Part shown: positions 23,482 through 36,243 of the stretch, one piece after another | Layout: the number at the start of each line of letters is the position of its first letter | How positions within the stretch are numbered: position 1 is the stretch's first letter | The notes under the pieces: model-generated | Database searches by the model: none | The model's input: only the letters and a program-made list of their open reading frames with translations | What the model was told of the DNA's origin: nothing | Translations under genes and position numbers: made by a program | NCBI RefSeq assembly: GCF_963921235.1 | Contig: NC_086097.1 | Span: 96,846,001-96,910,000, forward strand | Direction of reading: 5' to 3' | Source: Mobula hypostoma | Taxonomy: Eukaryota | DNA length: 64,000 nt

Positions 23482-24813
23482 AAGGAAGAGAGAGTAAGGG
23501 ATTTGAAAGCTGGAGGGGGAGGGGGAGATCCAAAATGATAGGAGAAGACAGGAGGGGGAGGGATGGAGCCGAGAGCTGGACAGGTGATAGGCAGAAGGGG
23601 ATACGAGAGGATCATGGGACAGGAGGTCCGGGAAGAAAGACGGGGGGGGGTGACCCAGAGGATGGGCAAGAGGTATATTCAGAGGGACAGAGGGAGAAAA
23701 AGGAGAGTGAGAGAAAGAATGTGTGCATAAAAATGAGTAACAGATGGGGTACGAGGGGGAGGTGGGGCCTAGCGGAAGTTAGAGAAGTCGATGTTGATGC
23801 CATCAGGTTGGAGGCTACCCATACGGAATATAAGGTGTTGTTCCTCCAACCTGAGTGTGGCTTCATCTTTACAGTAGAGGAGGCCGTGGATAGACATGTC
23901 AGAATGGGAATGGGATGTGGAATTAAAATGTGTGGCCACTGGGAGATCCTGCTTTCTCTGGCGGACAGAGCGTAGATGTTCAGCAAAGCGGTCTCCCAGT
24001 CTGCGTCGGGTCTCACCAATATATAAAAGGCCACATCGGGAGCACCGGACGCAGTATATCACCCCAGTCGACTCACAGGTGAAGTGATGCCTCACCTGGA
24101 AGGACTGTCTGGGGCCCTGAATGGTGGTAAGGGAGGAAGTGTAAGGGCATGTGTAGCACTTGTTCCGCTTACAAGGATAAGTGCCAGGAGGGAGATCAGT
24201 GGGGAGGGATGGGGGGACGAATGGACAAGGGAGTCGCGTAGGGAGCGATCCCTGCAGAAAGCAAAGAGAGGGAGGAGGGAAAGGTGTGCTTAGTGGTGGG
24301 ATCCCGTTGGAGATGGCGGAAGTTACGGAGAATAATATGTTGGACCCAGAGGCTGGTGGGGTGGTAGGTGAGGACCAGGGGAACCCTATTCCTAGTGGGG
24401 CGGCGGGAAGATGGAGTGAGAGCAGATGTATGTGAAATTGGGGAGATGCGTTGGAGAGCAGAGTTGATAGTGGAGGAAGGGAAGCCCCTTTCTTTAAAAA
24501 AGGAGGACATCTCCCTCGTCCTGGAATGAAAAGCCTCATCCTGAGAGCAGATGCGGCGGAGACGGAGGAATTGCAAGAAGGGGATGGTATTTTTGCAAGA
24601 GACAGGGTGAGACTATACCCATTGCCCATCCTCTGGGTCCCCCCCCCTTGTCTTTCTCCCCGAACCTCCTGTCCCATGATCCTCTCATATCCCCTTTGCC
24701 AATCACCTGTCCAGCTCTTGGCTCCATCCCTCCCCCTCCTGTCTTCTCCTATCATTTTGGATCTCCCCCTCCCCCTCCCACTTTCAAATCTCTTACTAAC
24801 TCTTCCTTCAGTT

Positions 24814-24850
24814 AGTCCTGATGAAGGATCTTGGCCTGAAACGTTGACTG
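24814..24850 (+). ncRNA. Minimal type I hammerhead ribozyme (GUU triplet)
   Basis: agtc-CTGATGA-aggatcttggcct-GAAA-c-GTT-gactg. Confidence 0.8.
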
Positions 24851-26703
24851 TACCTCTTCCTAGAGATGCTGCCTGGCCAACTGCGTTCACCAGCAACTTT
24901 GATGTGTGTTGCTTGAATTTCCAGCATCTGCAGAATTCCTGTTGTTTGCGTTTTTAAAATAATAATATGAAATAAATTTCGAGAACATGCGATGAAGGGA
25001 CCTTGAAAGTGAATCCATAGGTTGTGGGAACATTTCAGTGAATGGAGCTGAGTGAAGCTGAGTGAAGTTATTCCCTCAGGTTCAAGACCTTGCTGGTGGA
25101 GGAGTAATAATTGTTTCCGAACCTGGTGGTGTGAATCCTTCTTCGTGATGGCAGCATCAAGAAGAGATCATAACCTGCCTGATGGGGATCCCTGGTGATA
25201 GATGCAGTTTTCCTGCAACAGCGCTCTGTGAACATGTGCTCAATGGTGGGAAGGGCTTTACCCATTATGAACTGGGCCATATCCACTACCTCATGTAGGA
25301 TTTTCTGTTTAATGGCACTGGTATTTCCATGCCAGGCTGTGATGCATCCAGTCAACATATTCACCATCACACAGCTATAGAATTTTGTCAAAGTTTTAGA
25401 TTTCTTGCTGAATCTTTACAAACTCCTAAGGAAGTAAAGGTGCTGTTGTACTTTCTTCATAATTGAACTTCCATGTATGGCCCAGGACAGTTCCTCTGAA
25501 ATCATAACACCAAGGAACTTAAAGTTGTTGACACTCTCCATCTCCGATCCTCTCATTCGTTCTCCTGCAGTCAATAATAAGGTGCTTGGTGTTTGTGACA
25601 TTGAGCGAGTGGTTGTTATTTGGGCATCTCTCAGCATGATTTGCAATCTCCCTCCTACATGCTGATTCATCACCAACTTTGATTCGGCTAACGACAGTGA
25701 TGTTGTCAGCAAACTTGAATGTGACATTGGAGTTGTTTCTTAGCCACAGTCATAAGTGTAAAGTGAGTAGAGCAGCGGGATGGTATGTTGCCTCCCTGGT
25801 GCCAGGATCAGGGATGTCTTGGATCATGTCAACGGCATTCTCAATGATGAGAGTGAACAGCCAGAAGTCTTGGTACATATTGGCACCAATGACACAGGTA
25901 GACAAAGTGAGGAAGTCTTGAAGAGAGAGTTTAGGGAGTTAGGTAGAATGCTGAGAAACAGGTCCTCCAGGGTAGTAATCCTTTGATGGTTGCCTGTGCC
26001 ATGTGTCAGTGAGGGTAGGAATAGGACGATTTGGTAGACAAATGCATTGCCGAGGAACCGGTGCAGGGGGCAGGGGTGTAGATCTATTGATCATTGGGAT
26101 CTCTTCTGAGGAAGGTATGACCTGTACAAAAGGGATGGTCTACACCTTAATCAGAAGGGTCCAATATCCTTGGGGGCAGGTTGCCTAGAGTTGTTCAGGA
26201 GGTTTAATGGGAACCGGAGTGGTAGTGCTGAAGATGAGGTAGCTGGTGTACAAACAGAGCAATGCATAGAGAGGGGAGGCTGATGATAGAGCAAAATTAC
26301 AATCAACAGAATGAGTTGCAAAGTAAAATGTGGATAAAATCGAAACAGGTGAATACAGGACTGAAGGGGTTATATTTGAATGCACGCAGTATACGGAATA
26401 AAGTAGATGAACTTGTAGCACAGTTACAGATTGGCATGCATAATGTCGTAGGCATCACTGAATCATGGCTGAAAAAAGATTGTAGCTGGGACCTTAATGT
26501 CCAAGGATACATTTTGTATCAAAGGAACAGGCAGGAAGGCAGAGGGGATGGCATTGCTCTGTTGGTAAAAAAAATGAAAGTAAATCATCAGAAAGAGGTG
26601 ACATACTGTAGGTGTTGAATTCTTGTGGATAGACCTATGGAATGCAAGGGTAAAAAGACCTCGATGGGAGCTGTATACAGACCCCCAAACAGTAGTAAGG
26701 ATG

Positions 26704-29700
26704 CCGCTCCTGCCGCTCGTCGCGGCTGGCGCGGCGGCGAGCTGCGAGCCCACTTCCATAGGCCAGTAACCAAGGTGAATCTCCCAACGGCTGCGAAGGC
26801 GGATGAGGATGCCCAACAATGGGTAGGGAGGCTTGCGAGCACGCCGCAAGAACTGCCGTAGACCCACAACACTCAGGGCTTGTCTACCTAGCGTGTGAAG
26901 CCTGGATTCGGCGGACTGCGCGGAAGAAACCATCACTGGTTCAACGGGCAGAAAGGCGATTCTCAGCAATGTGTCGTGGAGCGCTAAGAGGGCACAGTGA
27001 GACACACAGAACACTGCTGGCCATCCACTGCATCCTGACCTATCTCCAGCCGTCTCGACTATGTCTTGCCACTGGGTCCAGATAGGAGAGAGAGTGAGGC
27101 TGACAACCTGCGCAACTCTCCCTCACTTCAATCCAAGTCAAGCGCAAGTCATGACTTCAAACTCAACGCGGAACCTAAAGTCCTGTGGCGATGGGGGAGT
27201 GGCGAAGCAACAGGTACGGATACACTGGAAGCTGTAGTCACAAACCTGCACACAGGCGGCCCAGGGCATAGGGTCGCTCTCTACTGGACTGAAGCAGCAG
27301 TTGAGTTTGGCAGCCCCCTGGGTGTCTGAGCAGCCCTCTTTAGGATCGCTGTGCTCACCTCCATGGAGGAAGGGGCTGGAAAAGGTGCCTCAAACATAGT
27401 CTGCTTCACCTCACCCTGGCCAGTTTACCGCGGCTGGTGGGGATCCCTCATAGCGGTCGACCTACAACAGTGAAGAAGAAAGTGATGGTGCTCAACCTTG
27501 GCAAATGGAACGTGAGAACTCTGCGAGATAACATCAAGGCAGACAGACCAGAGAGAAGAACTGCACTGGTTGCAAGAGAGCTAGCTCGCTGCAACGTGGA
27601 CATAGCAGCTCTCAGCGAAACGCTCCCAGCAGACAAGGGCCAGCTGACAGAACGTAGTGGTGGATACACGTTCTTCTGGAGCGGTCGCAGCAGCGCTGAA
27701 CGACGAGAAGCAGGCGTGGGATTTGCCATCAATTCTAACCTCGCCCGTAAACTCACCAAGCACCCAGAGAGCATCAACGACCGCCTGATGACACTTCAGC
27801 TCCCACTTGCAAACAAGAAGAGTGCTACGCTGATTAGTGCCTACGCTCCCACCATGACCAACCCAGATGACGTTAAAGAAACGTCATCTTCTATGAAGAA
27901 CTCGACGCCCTCATCTCAGCAATCCCACAGTCAGAGAAGCTTATCGTTCTCGGGGACTTCAATGCCAGAGTAGGGACAGACTACCAAACCTGGGAAGGGA
28001 TCATTGGAAGACACGGTACTGGCAAGTGTAACAACAACGGCCTTCTGCTCCTCAAGACATGTACCACACACGACCTTGTCATCACCAACACCCTGTTCCG
28101 CCTACCCACCCATAAGAAGACGTCATGGATGCACCCACGCTCGAAGCACTGGCATCTGATTGACTACATCATCACCAGGAAGAGGGACAGGATGGATGTC
28201 AGAGTGACGAGAGCCATGTGTGGTGCCGACTGCTGGACTGAACACCGCCTCATTGTGTCCAAGTTCAGGCTTCGCATTCTGCCCATGAGAAGACCCCAAG
28301 GGCAGAAGACTGCAAAGAGGTTGACTGTCTCCAAGCTGAAAAGCAGCAGGGTTGCAGAAGGATTCGTCAATGACCTTGAAGGCAGACTGCCAGACACACC
28401 ACAGGATGACGGGACCAGCGTTGAGGAATAGTGGGCGGCCTTCAGAGACGCTGTCTACACTACCGCCCTCGAACATCTCGGACCAGCAACCCGAAGAAAC
28501 CAAGACTGGTTCGATGAGAATGATGAAGAAATACAGGCACTACTAACGGAGAAACATCAATATTACAGACCGCATCAGAACGACCCCACGTCGCTAGCCA
28601 AGAAAGATGCCTTTACCAACGCAAGAAGAAAGGTGCAGAAAAAACTTTGCGAGATGCCGGACAGCTGGTTCAGCAAGAAGGCCGATGAAATCCAGGGCTA
28701 TGCAGACAGCCACGACATAAAGCGCTTCTACGATGCGCTTAAGGCTGTATACGGACCCCAGTCCTCCGGCTCCTCACCCCTCCTCAACGCAGATGAGACG
28801 CAGCTGCTGGCAGAGAAGAAGCAGATTCTGGATCGGTGGGCTGAGCACTTTAACAACGTCCTTAACCGCCCTGCCGACATCAACGACGAGGCCATTGTCC
28901 GCCTGCCCCAGGTAGAGATCAACAAGAACCTCGACACCCTCCCCACAGTAGATGAAGTCAGGAAGGCAGTGAAGCAACTCTCCTGTGGCAAAGCGCCAGG
29001 ACCCGATGCAATCCCTGCTGAGGTATACAAAGCAGGAGGCCCTGTCATGATGCAAAAGCTGACTGTACTCTTCCAGTCCATGTGGAAAAAGGGACAGGTC
29101 CCGCAACAGCTGAAAGATGCCAGCATAGTCCACATCTACAAGAGGAAAGACAACCGCCAGTCTTGCGACAACCACCGAGACATCTCCCTCTTGTCCATTG
29201 CGGGGAAGATTCTGGCCCGCGTCCTGCTCAACCGCCTTCTCCAACATCTTGAGCAAGGTCTGCTCCCAGAAAGCCAGTGTGGCTTCCATGCTGAACGTGG
29301 GACCGCGGACATGATTTTTGCTGCGCGCCAACTCCAGGAAAAATGCCAGGAGCAACACAGCGACCTCTTCGTGACCTTTGTCGATCTAACCAAGGCTTTC
29401 GATACGGTCAGCAGAGAAGGTTTGTGGAAGATCATGGAGAAGTTTGGCTGCCCCAGCAAGTTCATCACAATCGTCCGGCAGTTCCACGACGGTATGATGG
29501 TGAAAGTTCTGGATGACGGCGACAAGTCGAAGGCCTTCCCAGTGACAAATGGCGTCAGACAAGGCTGCGTTCTTGCCCCGACTCTGTTCAGTATGGTATT
29601 CTCTGCCATGCTGACAGATGCCTTCCGTAACTACGAAGAAGGAATCCACGTCAGATACAGGACTGACGGCAGGTTGTTCAACCTTAGGCGCCTGCAGGCA

Positions 29701-30739
29701 GTTACAAAGGTGCGAGAGACTGTCATCAGAGACTTCTTGTTTGCTGATGACTGCGCACTCAACGCCAGCACAGAGCAGGAGATGCAGCGTGAAATGGACT
29801 GCTTCTCAAAAGCCTGCGACAACTTCGGACTCACTATCAGCAGCAAAAAGACCGAAGTTATGTACCAGCCTGCCCCAGGAAAGCCATACCAGGAGCCGCG
29901 CATCACGGTGAAGGGCCAGAACCTCCAGGCAGCCGACAACTTCACCTACCTGGGCAGCATACTCTCTCACGCAGTGAACATAGCCGCTGAGGTCAACAAC
30001 AGGATTGCCAAAGCCAGCGCCGCCTTTGGGAGACTCCGTGAGAATGTCTGGGAGCGGAGAGGACTCAGCCTTACCACCAAGCTGAAGGTCCACTGTGCAG
30101 TGGTCCCTACCACCCTCCTTTACGCCAGTGAGACGGGGACTGTCTACAGCAGACACGCCAAACAGCTCAACCACTTTCACCTGAGCTGTCTCCGCAGACT
30201 CCTCCACATCAGGTGGCAGGACAAAGTCCCCGACACGGAAATCCTGGAACGAGCTGGGCTGTGCAGCGTCTACACCCTCCTGCTGAAAGCCCAAGCCAGG
30301 TGGGCTGGACATGTGGTCAGAATGCCAGACAGCCGATTGCCTAAGCAGCTGCTGTACGGAGAACTGTGTCAGGGCAAGCGCTCAGTCGGGGGGCAGAAGA
30401 AACGTTACAAAGACTGCCTTAAAGCGTCCCTCAAAGGCCTGGGTGTCGACATCAACACGTGGGAGACGCTTGCCCTCGACCGTCCAGCTTGGCGCAGCGA
30501 GATCACCACAGGAGCCCATGCAGCTGAAGTCAGGCGCATCATCGAGGCGCAACGAAAGCGTGCTGTGCGCAAGGCCCGAGCTGCATCCACTGCCACGACA
30601 GCACCCACCCACTTGTGTCCCATATGTGGGCGAGCCTTCAGGGCCCGGATTGGCCTCATCAGTCACTTCCGGACCCACAGCCACCAATCTCCCATTTGAC
30701 TTTGAAGCCATGGTCATCTTCGACTACGAAGGACGAACA
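26704..30739 (+). mobile_element. Full-length RTE-clade LINE (5' UTR, APE-RT ORF, C-terminal C2H2 finger) with 10-bp TSD
   Basis: AGTAAGGATG at 26694-26703 and 30740-30749. Motifs WNVRTL, ALSET, YAPT, FVDLTKAFDTV, GVRQGCVLAP, LFADD and CPICGRAFRARIGLISHFRTH. 3' end ...gaaggacgaaca. Confidence 0.95.
27485..30699 (+). pseudogene. RTE ORF with one frameshift (~27885) and one premature stop (28429-28431); 688-aa RT portion open
   Basis: ORF-track pieces 27437, 28129 and 28633 are collinear parts of one protein. Confidence 0.85.
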
Positions 30740-31879
30740 AGTAAGGATGTGGTCTACAAAATAAAATGGGAGATGAAAAATGAAAATAGTCATAGGGATT
30801 TCAATACGCAGATAGATTGGGAAAATTAGGTTGGTGTGGGATTCTAAGAGGAGGATTTTTTTAGAATGCCTATGAGATAGCTTCTTAAAGCAGCCCATGG
30901 TTGAACCCACTAGGGGATCAGCTTTTCTGGATTGGGTGTTGTGTAATGAATCGGAATTGATTAGAGAGCTTAAGGTAAAGAAACCCTTAGGGAAAAGTGA
31001 TCATAATATGATCGAATTGACCCCAAAATTTGAGAAGGAAAAACTAAAGTCAGATATATCGGCATTACAGTGGAGTGAAGGGAATTACAGAGGCATGAGA
31101 GAAGAGTTGGCTAGAATTGTTTGGAAAAGAACACTGGCAGGGATGACGGCAGAGCAGCAATGGCTCTCCACAAAGGCACTGACTTGGTCCCCCATGATCA
31201 TTGCAAAATTGCCTTTTTACATGCCCTTACTATTTCCCATTGTAATTGGTACCCCACACCCTATCTACTGTTACAGGTCCTGAATATTACACCCAACGAG
31301 TTCTTTTTACCCTTGCAGTTTCTAAATATACCCATAAGGATTCTGATCCTACTGTATGTCAATTTTTTCCAAGGATTTGATGTAATTTTTTTTCCAACAA
31401 AGCCACCCACCCACTCTGTCCATTTGCCTGTCCTCTCAGGACTTTGCATGTCTTTGGATGTTAAGCTCTCAGATGTGATCTTACAAGCACAACTGTGATG
31501 CCCACAACATCATACTTGCCAATGTGTACCTGTGCTACAACTCATCTCAACACTAAACAGATATCTGAACTCAACAACTCATGGACTCTACAACTCATGT
31601 TTTCGGTATTATTTACCTGTTTATTTACTTTTTTTGTATTTGTGTAGTTTATATTCTTTTGCTCATAGGTTGCTTGTTGGTCTTTGTGCATAGGTTTTCA
31701 CTGATTCTATTGGATGTCTTTGTTCTACTGCTAATGCCTGCAAGTAAATGAATCTCAGGATAGTATATGGTGACATCCAGTATAAGTACTGGTTGATAAT
31801 AAATTCACTTGGAGCTTTGAAAAGCTACCTCTACATTGAGGGATCAGGTTGTTTAAACAACAGTCTCAGGAGAATATCT

Positions 31880-32256
31880 GCATAAAGTCAAAGTAATGTT
31901 TTGTTTTTGATCAAAGACATCATACATCATCCCTGTGTGTTGCTGGAAGTCATTGGATTCTGTGCCAGGGTGTCTGATTTCCGGCAGTCCAGCATTTTCC
32001 AAAGGGAATACATCAGTTTTTTTTTTGGTGTTTTTTACAAGGCGCGGAGCAAGAGGGAGAGACTGTGTGGTGTGCCATTCCTCACACACAGACATTTTCA
32101 CAGTATTTTCCTTTTGTTTTACGAGGTCGAGTTGCGATCTCAACACTCAACCTGGCACGGATGGAAAGCGTACTTGGGGGCGGACCCGACTAGTTTCGAA
32201 CTCGGGAACCTCCGCTCCCAGGTCCGGCGCCGATGTCGTTGCGCCACCAGCTGGCC
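31880..32256 (-). mobile_element. tRNA-derived SINE
   Basis: Reverse complement begins ggccagctggTGGCGCAACGac (A box-like) ... cGAGTTCGAAAC (B box). Confidence 0.7.
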
Positions 32257-32394
32257 TTAGGGAATACATTAGTGGTTCTGCAAATAACAATTTCACTAAT
32301 GGCTAACTCACTGCAACATTCATTTGGGCTGTTTGCTGTGTTGTCCTTGGAGGCCGGCCAGTTCTTCGTGCTGGCGACAGGCTCATGTAACTGA

Positions 32395-32640
32395 ATAGAG
32401 TCACAGAGTCATAGAGAAGTACAGCACAGAAACAGTCCCTGCAACCTGCACCAGGACGGTAGCTCTTCATACCCCTACCATCCATGTACCCATCTGTATT
32501 CCTCTTAGATGCTGGAATCGAGCTCACATGCACCTCTTGTGCTGGCAGCTCATTCCACACTCTCACAGCCCTCTGAGTGAAGAAGATTCCCCTCATATTC
32601 CCTTTAAACTTTTCACCTTTCACCCTTAACTCATGGTTGT
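32395..32640 (-). mobile_element. CR1 3' end
   Basis: HELRVKGEKFKGNMRGIFFTQRAVRVWNELP followed by a (tatgactc)-like tail. Confidence 0.8.
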
Positions 32641-32989
32641 AATCTGTGACAGAACAGGTTGGCAAAGCTAATTCACCCGCTAACCTTGCCCCTTTGTCCG
32701 GTTAAGTCACTCCTCCTTGTTCTGCCCCTGGTCCAATTTCCCCTGTTGTTCATGCACTTTGTCCTCCTGTTCTGCAGTTCTTGGGGATCACCATTTACAC
32801 ACCCCAACAGTAAAACAATCACTAGCTTGGCTAATCAAAACAATCCCTTCCTTTAGCGTGTTTTGCTGGATTATACCTGATAAAAATAAGGATTCTAGAC
32901 ACAGGCATTCCAAGCAGTTTCATTTATTTTCACTCACTTTTACACCTGTTATCTTTACCTTTTATTCTGACAGGCACATTCACACATTG

Positions 32990-34565
32990 TGCTCTCAAAA
33001 TTTCAGTTTTGAAGGCTCCCACTTACCAAGTACACCTTTGCCAGAAAAAAGCCTGTCCCAATCCACACTTGCCAGATCAATTCTGATATCATCAAAATCG
33101 ATCTTTATCAACCCTCATACCAGACCTATCTTTTTGTATATTTACATTGAAATTAATACCATTGTGGTCACTGGTTGCAAAGTGTTCCCCTACACAAACT
33201 TCCGTCACCTGACCTGTCTCATTCCCTAACAGCAGATCCAGTATCACACACTCTCTCTGGGACTTCTACATACTGATTAAGGGAACTTTTCTGAACCAAC
33301 TTGAAAAACTCTATCCCATCTAATCCTTTGACAGTATGGGATTCCCAGTTGCTATGTACCCTGTAACGGGTTAAGGAGCCAGCAGAAATGGAATACACCT
33401 GGAGTCTGGTTTTGCTGTTTACAAACACTATTTTTATTAGTAACTATGCAATACAGTAATATATAACCAGATAAATCAAACAGGTTAGCAAAGTTTATGC
33501 ATATATAGTTGTGGAAATATAAAAACCCGAACTTCTTCAAGCTTAGGTGATAAGTGATGGTAGGTAAACGAAGTCAGTCAGTTCGTGTTATTGAGTTGAG
33601 TAGAATTGAGGTGAGAAAGAGGTGGTTTGTTGTCCACATAAGCTGACGCTGTTGATTCTTCCCATTGTCCTCTGAAACTTCCAAATTAGCCGAATTTGAC
33701 CAACTTAAGAGCACCGTCTTCAAGCGATAGTCTACCAACCCAGGCAAAGGTTAGACACACTGGTAGACTGCACAGGGTCACTCTTTCATGCACTAATAAT
33801 CACAGATCAATTTCTCTTAATCAATCCTCAGTCCCACACTCGTGGGCATCTGAAAGTGTAGTGGTAATTTCGCCACACCTTAGTGTGTCTGCGTGTCCTG
33901 TGAAACAAGCAACTATGCTGTTTTAAATACTGTTTTGTTGAACACCAGCTGTCCATCAATTAGCTCCTCCCTTCTCTCTCTGTAGGAACTCAGAAGCTGG
34001 CAGTGTCCTTGCAGAAATCCCAAACAAACTGTAAGCAGTCTTCGCCCCCCCCCCCCCGTAACAAGCTGTTTGTGCTGTACAGCTTTCTCTTTTCCATAGG
34101 CAAGGTTCTTAAAGGCACCACAATGGGTAAACCTTAGGATTTCATCACACAGTCTATATGTGGAAAGTTAAAATCACCTACTATCACAAGGTTATGTTTC
34201 TTGCAACTGTCTGTGATCAGTCCAAAAATTTGTTCCTCCAAGTCCCTGGGTCTGTTGGGATGGTCTGTAATGCAGCCCCATTAACATGGTCGTACCTTTC
34301 TTATTTCTCAGTTTCACCCATCACATCTCTCTAGATGAGTTCTCCAGTCTGTCCTGATGTGACAATTTCCCTCACCAGTTACGCCACCCCTCCTCCTTTA
34401 ATCCCTTCTGTTCTCGTACATCTAAAACAACGGAAAACCCGGAATATTCAGCTGCAAGTCCTTCCCCCTCCTGCAAACAAGTCTCACTCATGGCTACAGT
34501 TCCAGATGTTGATCCATGCCCTGAGCATATCCACCTTTCCTACAATCCTACTTGCATTGAAGTAT
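32990..34565 (-). mobile_element. CR1 endonuclease fragment split by a solo LTR
   Basis: GDFNFPHID|WESHTVKGLDG is continuous once the LTR is removed. Confidence 0.8.
33350..34149 (-). mobile_element. Solo LTR with 4-bp TSD CAGT
   Basis: cagt|TGCTATG...ATCACA|cagt. Shares the ccagcagaaat end motif with the LTRs at 34722, 57547 and 63413. Confidence 0.85.
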
Positions 34566-34721
34566 CTTAAAGGAACTCTAATATTAATGTTTGTCAGTTA
34601 ATCTGATCGTTTCGGTTAAGGAGACCAAAAAGGTGCCACACGATCAATCAGAAATGGGTAGCTGGAACTTGTTCAGACAAATCCAACCGCACATTGCTGG
34701 CCCCAGTGATGTACGATCATT

Positions 34722-35617
34722 TGTTACGTACCCTGTAACTGGGTTGCCTAGCCAGCAGAAATGGATCACTCAGTTGGAGTCTGGATTACTGGAACTAAGA
34801 AAGTTTTATTAAAGAAATAAGCAACACAGTACTCTAATAGTAAGGATATAAATGCAACAGGTTAGCACTGAATAAACACACATGTACACAGAACTAGGAT
34901 AATAGGATCAATCAAGCTCTATCGCAGTCTAGGGGTAAAATATTCAATCACAAGTGACAGAGTTCAGTTTAGTTCAGTTCGCAGCAATCGTTGTTGTGCC
35001 GTTGAAGAGAGAGAGAGAGAGCGAATGCTGATATTCAAAATTGGATTCAACAGACCTTTGATATTTCTCGCAGTTAGCTTTCCGGCAAGCCCTTTGTAAT
35101 GTCTTCTGAGGTCACCGACTGTGACCCCTCCGTTTTCAGATACGATCGTTCCTCTGCGGTGAACCCGGCACCCAGGCAAGGGTGGACACACACCAGGTTC
35201 CCGCCAACCGAATCTTTCCACCCTGTGCGTCTATGGCTGGTCCCGTGACCAGCCCTCCAAAACTTCCACCGACTTGTGGGGGCTCACCGCTTCCAGGGTC
35301 TCGATACCTCGTGGTGTCGTGAGTGGTGTCTCGTGTGTTGTCTGTTGCCTTAGCGAACCCGTCCCTTTTTATCCCCCTGTTGGGGTATTGCCTGTCCATC
35401 ACTTCAAACAGTTCAGGTTCAAAGCAAACCAGTCTTGACAATACCCAGACTGGTGTCTCCTTCCATTAATCTCTCTCGTCTCTTCATTAACGTTTCCAAA
35501 TGCTGCTCCATTGTCTTACTTATCTCTCTCCTGAAGACAGGTGGCAGATCAACTGTTGATCCTACTGGTGATAGCACAGGACAGTCAACATCTTAGTCTA
35601 TGTGTACTTTCGTCACA
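34722..35617 (-). mobile_element. Solo LTR with 4-bp TSD CATT
   Basis: catt|TGTTACG...CGTCACA|catt, with AATAAA on the minus strand near 34808. Confidence 0.88.
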
Positions 35618-36243
35618 CATTGCTGTATGCTTCTATCCCATTTAACAGCCATCCCTGAACCAGCAATTCTGCCATCAGGAAGGAGGCTCAGGAGCCTGAG
35701 GATGCACGCTCAATGTTTTAGGAATAGCGTCTTCCCCTCTGCCATTAGATTTTTGAAAGGTGCATGAACCAATGAAGACAATGTCACCATTTTACCCTAT
35801 TTTGTGCATTATTAATTTGTTTTTTTATACTTCTTATTTTAACTTACAGTAATTTTTTATGAATTGCACTGGACTCCTGCCACAAAACAACAGATTTCAC
35901 AGCCTATGTCAGTGACAAGAAGTCTGACTCTGATTGTGATATCCTTCAGAAATACTTGTCTCATATGGTGAACTTGGCATTGGAGCTTGATGCTGAAAAT
36001 CAATTACCTTGCTCCTTATATCACTGATCACGTGTTGTAGAGACAAGAGAAGGAAATGGGTATAGATGGTATAAAACCCATCAGAAACTTTGGTTTAGTG
36101 AGCATTCAATTCTGTACAAGTATCTCTACTGTTGGTGTCTGCTTGTAATATAAAAGTTGTTTTGAAGTTAGATGTCAGATTCTGCAACTGCATATTTCCA
36201 ACCATGTATTGTCATTGCTCCACCAATTACAGTGACCATATTT

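Larger units (their letters stand above)
22662..24956 (-). mobile_element. Penelope-like element: two tandem 5'-truncated copies (GIY-YIG endonuclease + pLTR) and an inverted pLTR; 12-bp TSD
   Basis: GVIYCVRCSRCGLLYIGETRRRLGDRFAEH occurs twice. An inverted copy spans 24611-24956. AAATAATAATAT occurs at 22650-22661 and 24957-24968. Confidence 0.92.
22455..25790 (-). mobile_element. Rex1/Babar-type LINE 3' half, split by a PLE insertion
   Basis: VNNFKFLGVMISEELSW, HLYFLRSL and LTGCITAWHGN...ITRDPHQAGYDLFLMLPS. The 3' UTR continues at 22455-22660. Confidence 0.8.
25780..31165 (+). mobile_element. Degenerate CR1 (ORF1 esterase end + APE endonuclease), split by the RTE element
   Basis: CLPGARIRDV...HIGTND, YLNARSIRNK and YRPPNSSKD precede the RTE. 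VEPTRG...SDHNMI follows it. Confidence 0.85.

Noticed and set aside
23769..24896. 375-aa ORF as an intact protein
   Set aside because: It is a chance fusion of antisense pLTR sequence, an out-of-frame segment and the PLE GIY-YIG domain across the inversion junction.
28728..30312. Long antisense ORFs over the RTE and CR1 coding regions
   Set aside because: These are shadow ORFs of GC-rich or long coding sequence, with no independent motifs.
32180..32256. tRNA gene
   Set aside because: It has A/B boxes but no complete cloverleaf and continues into a SINE body.
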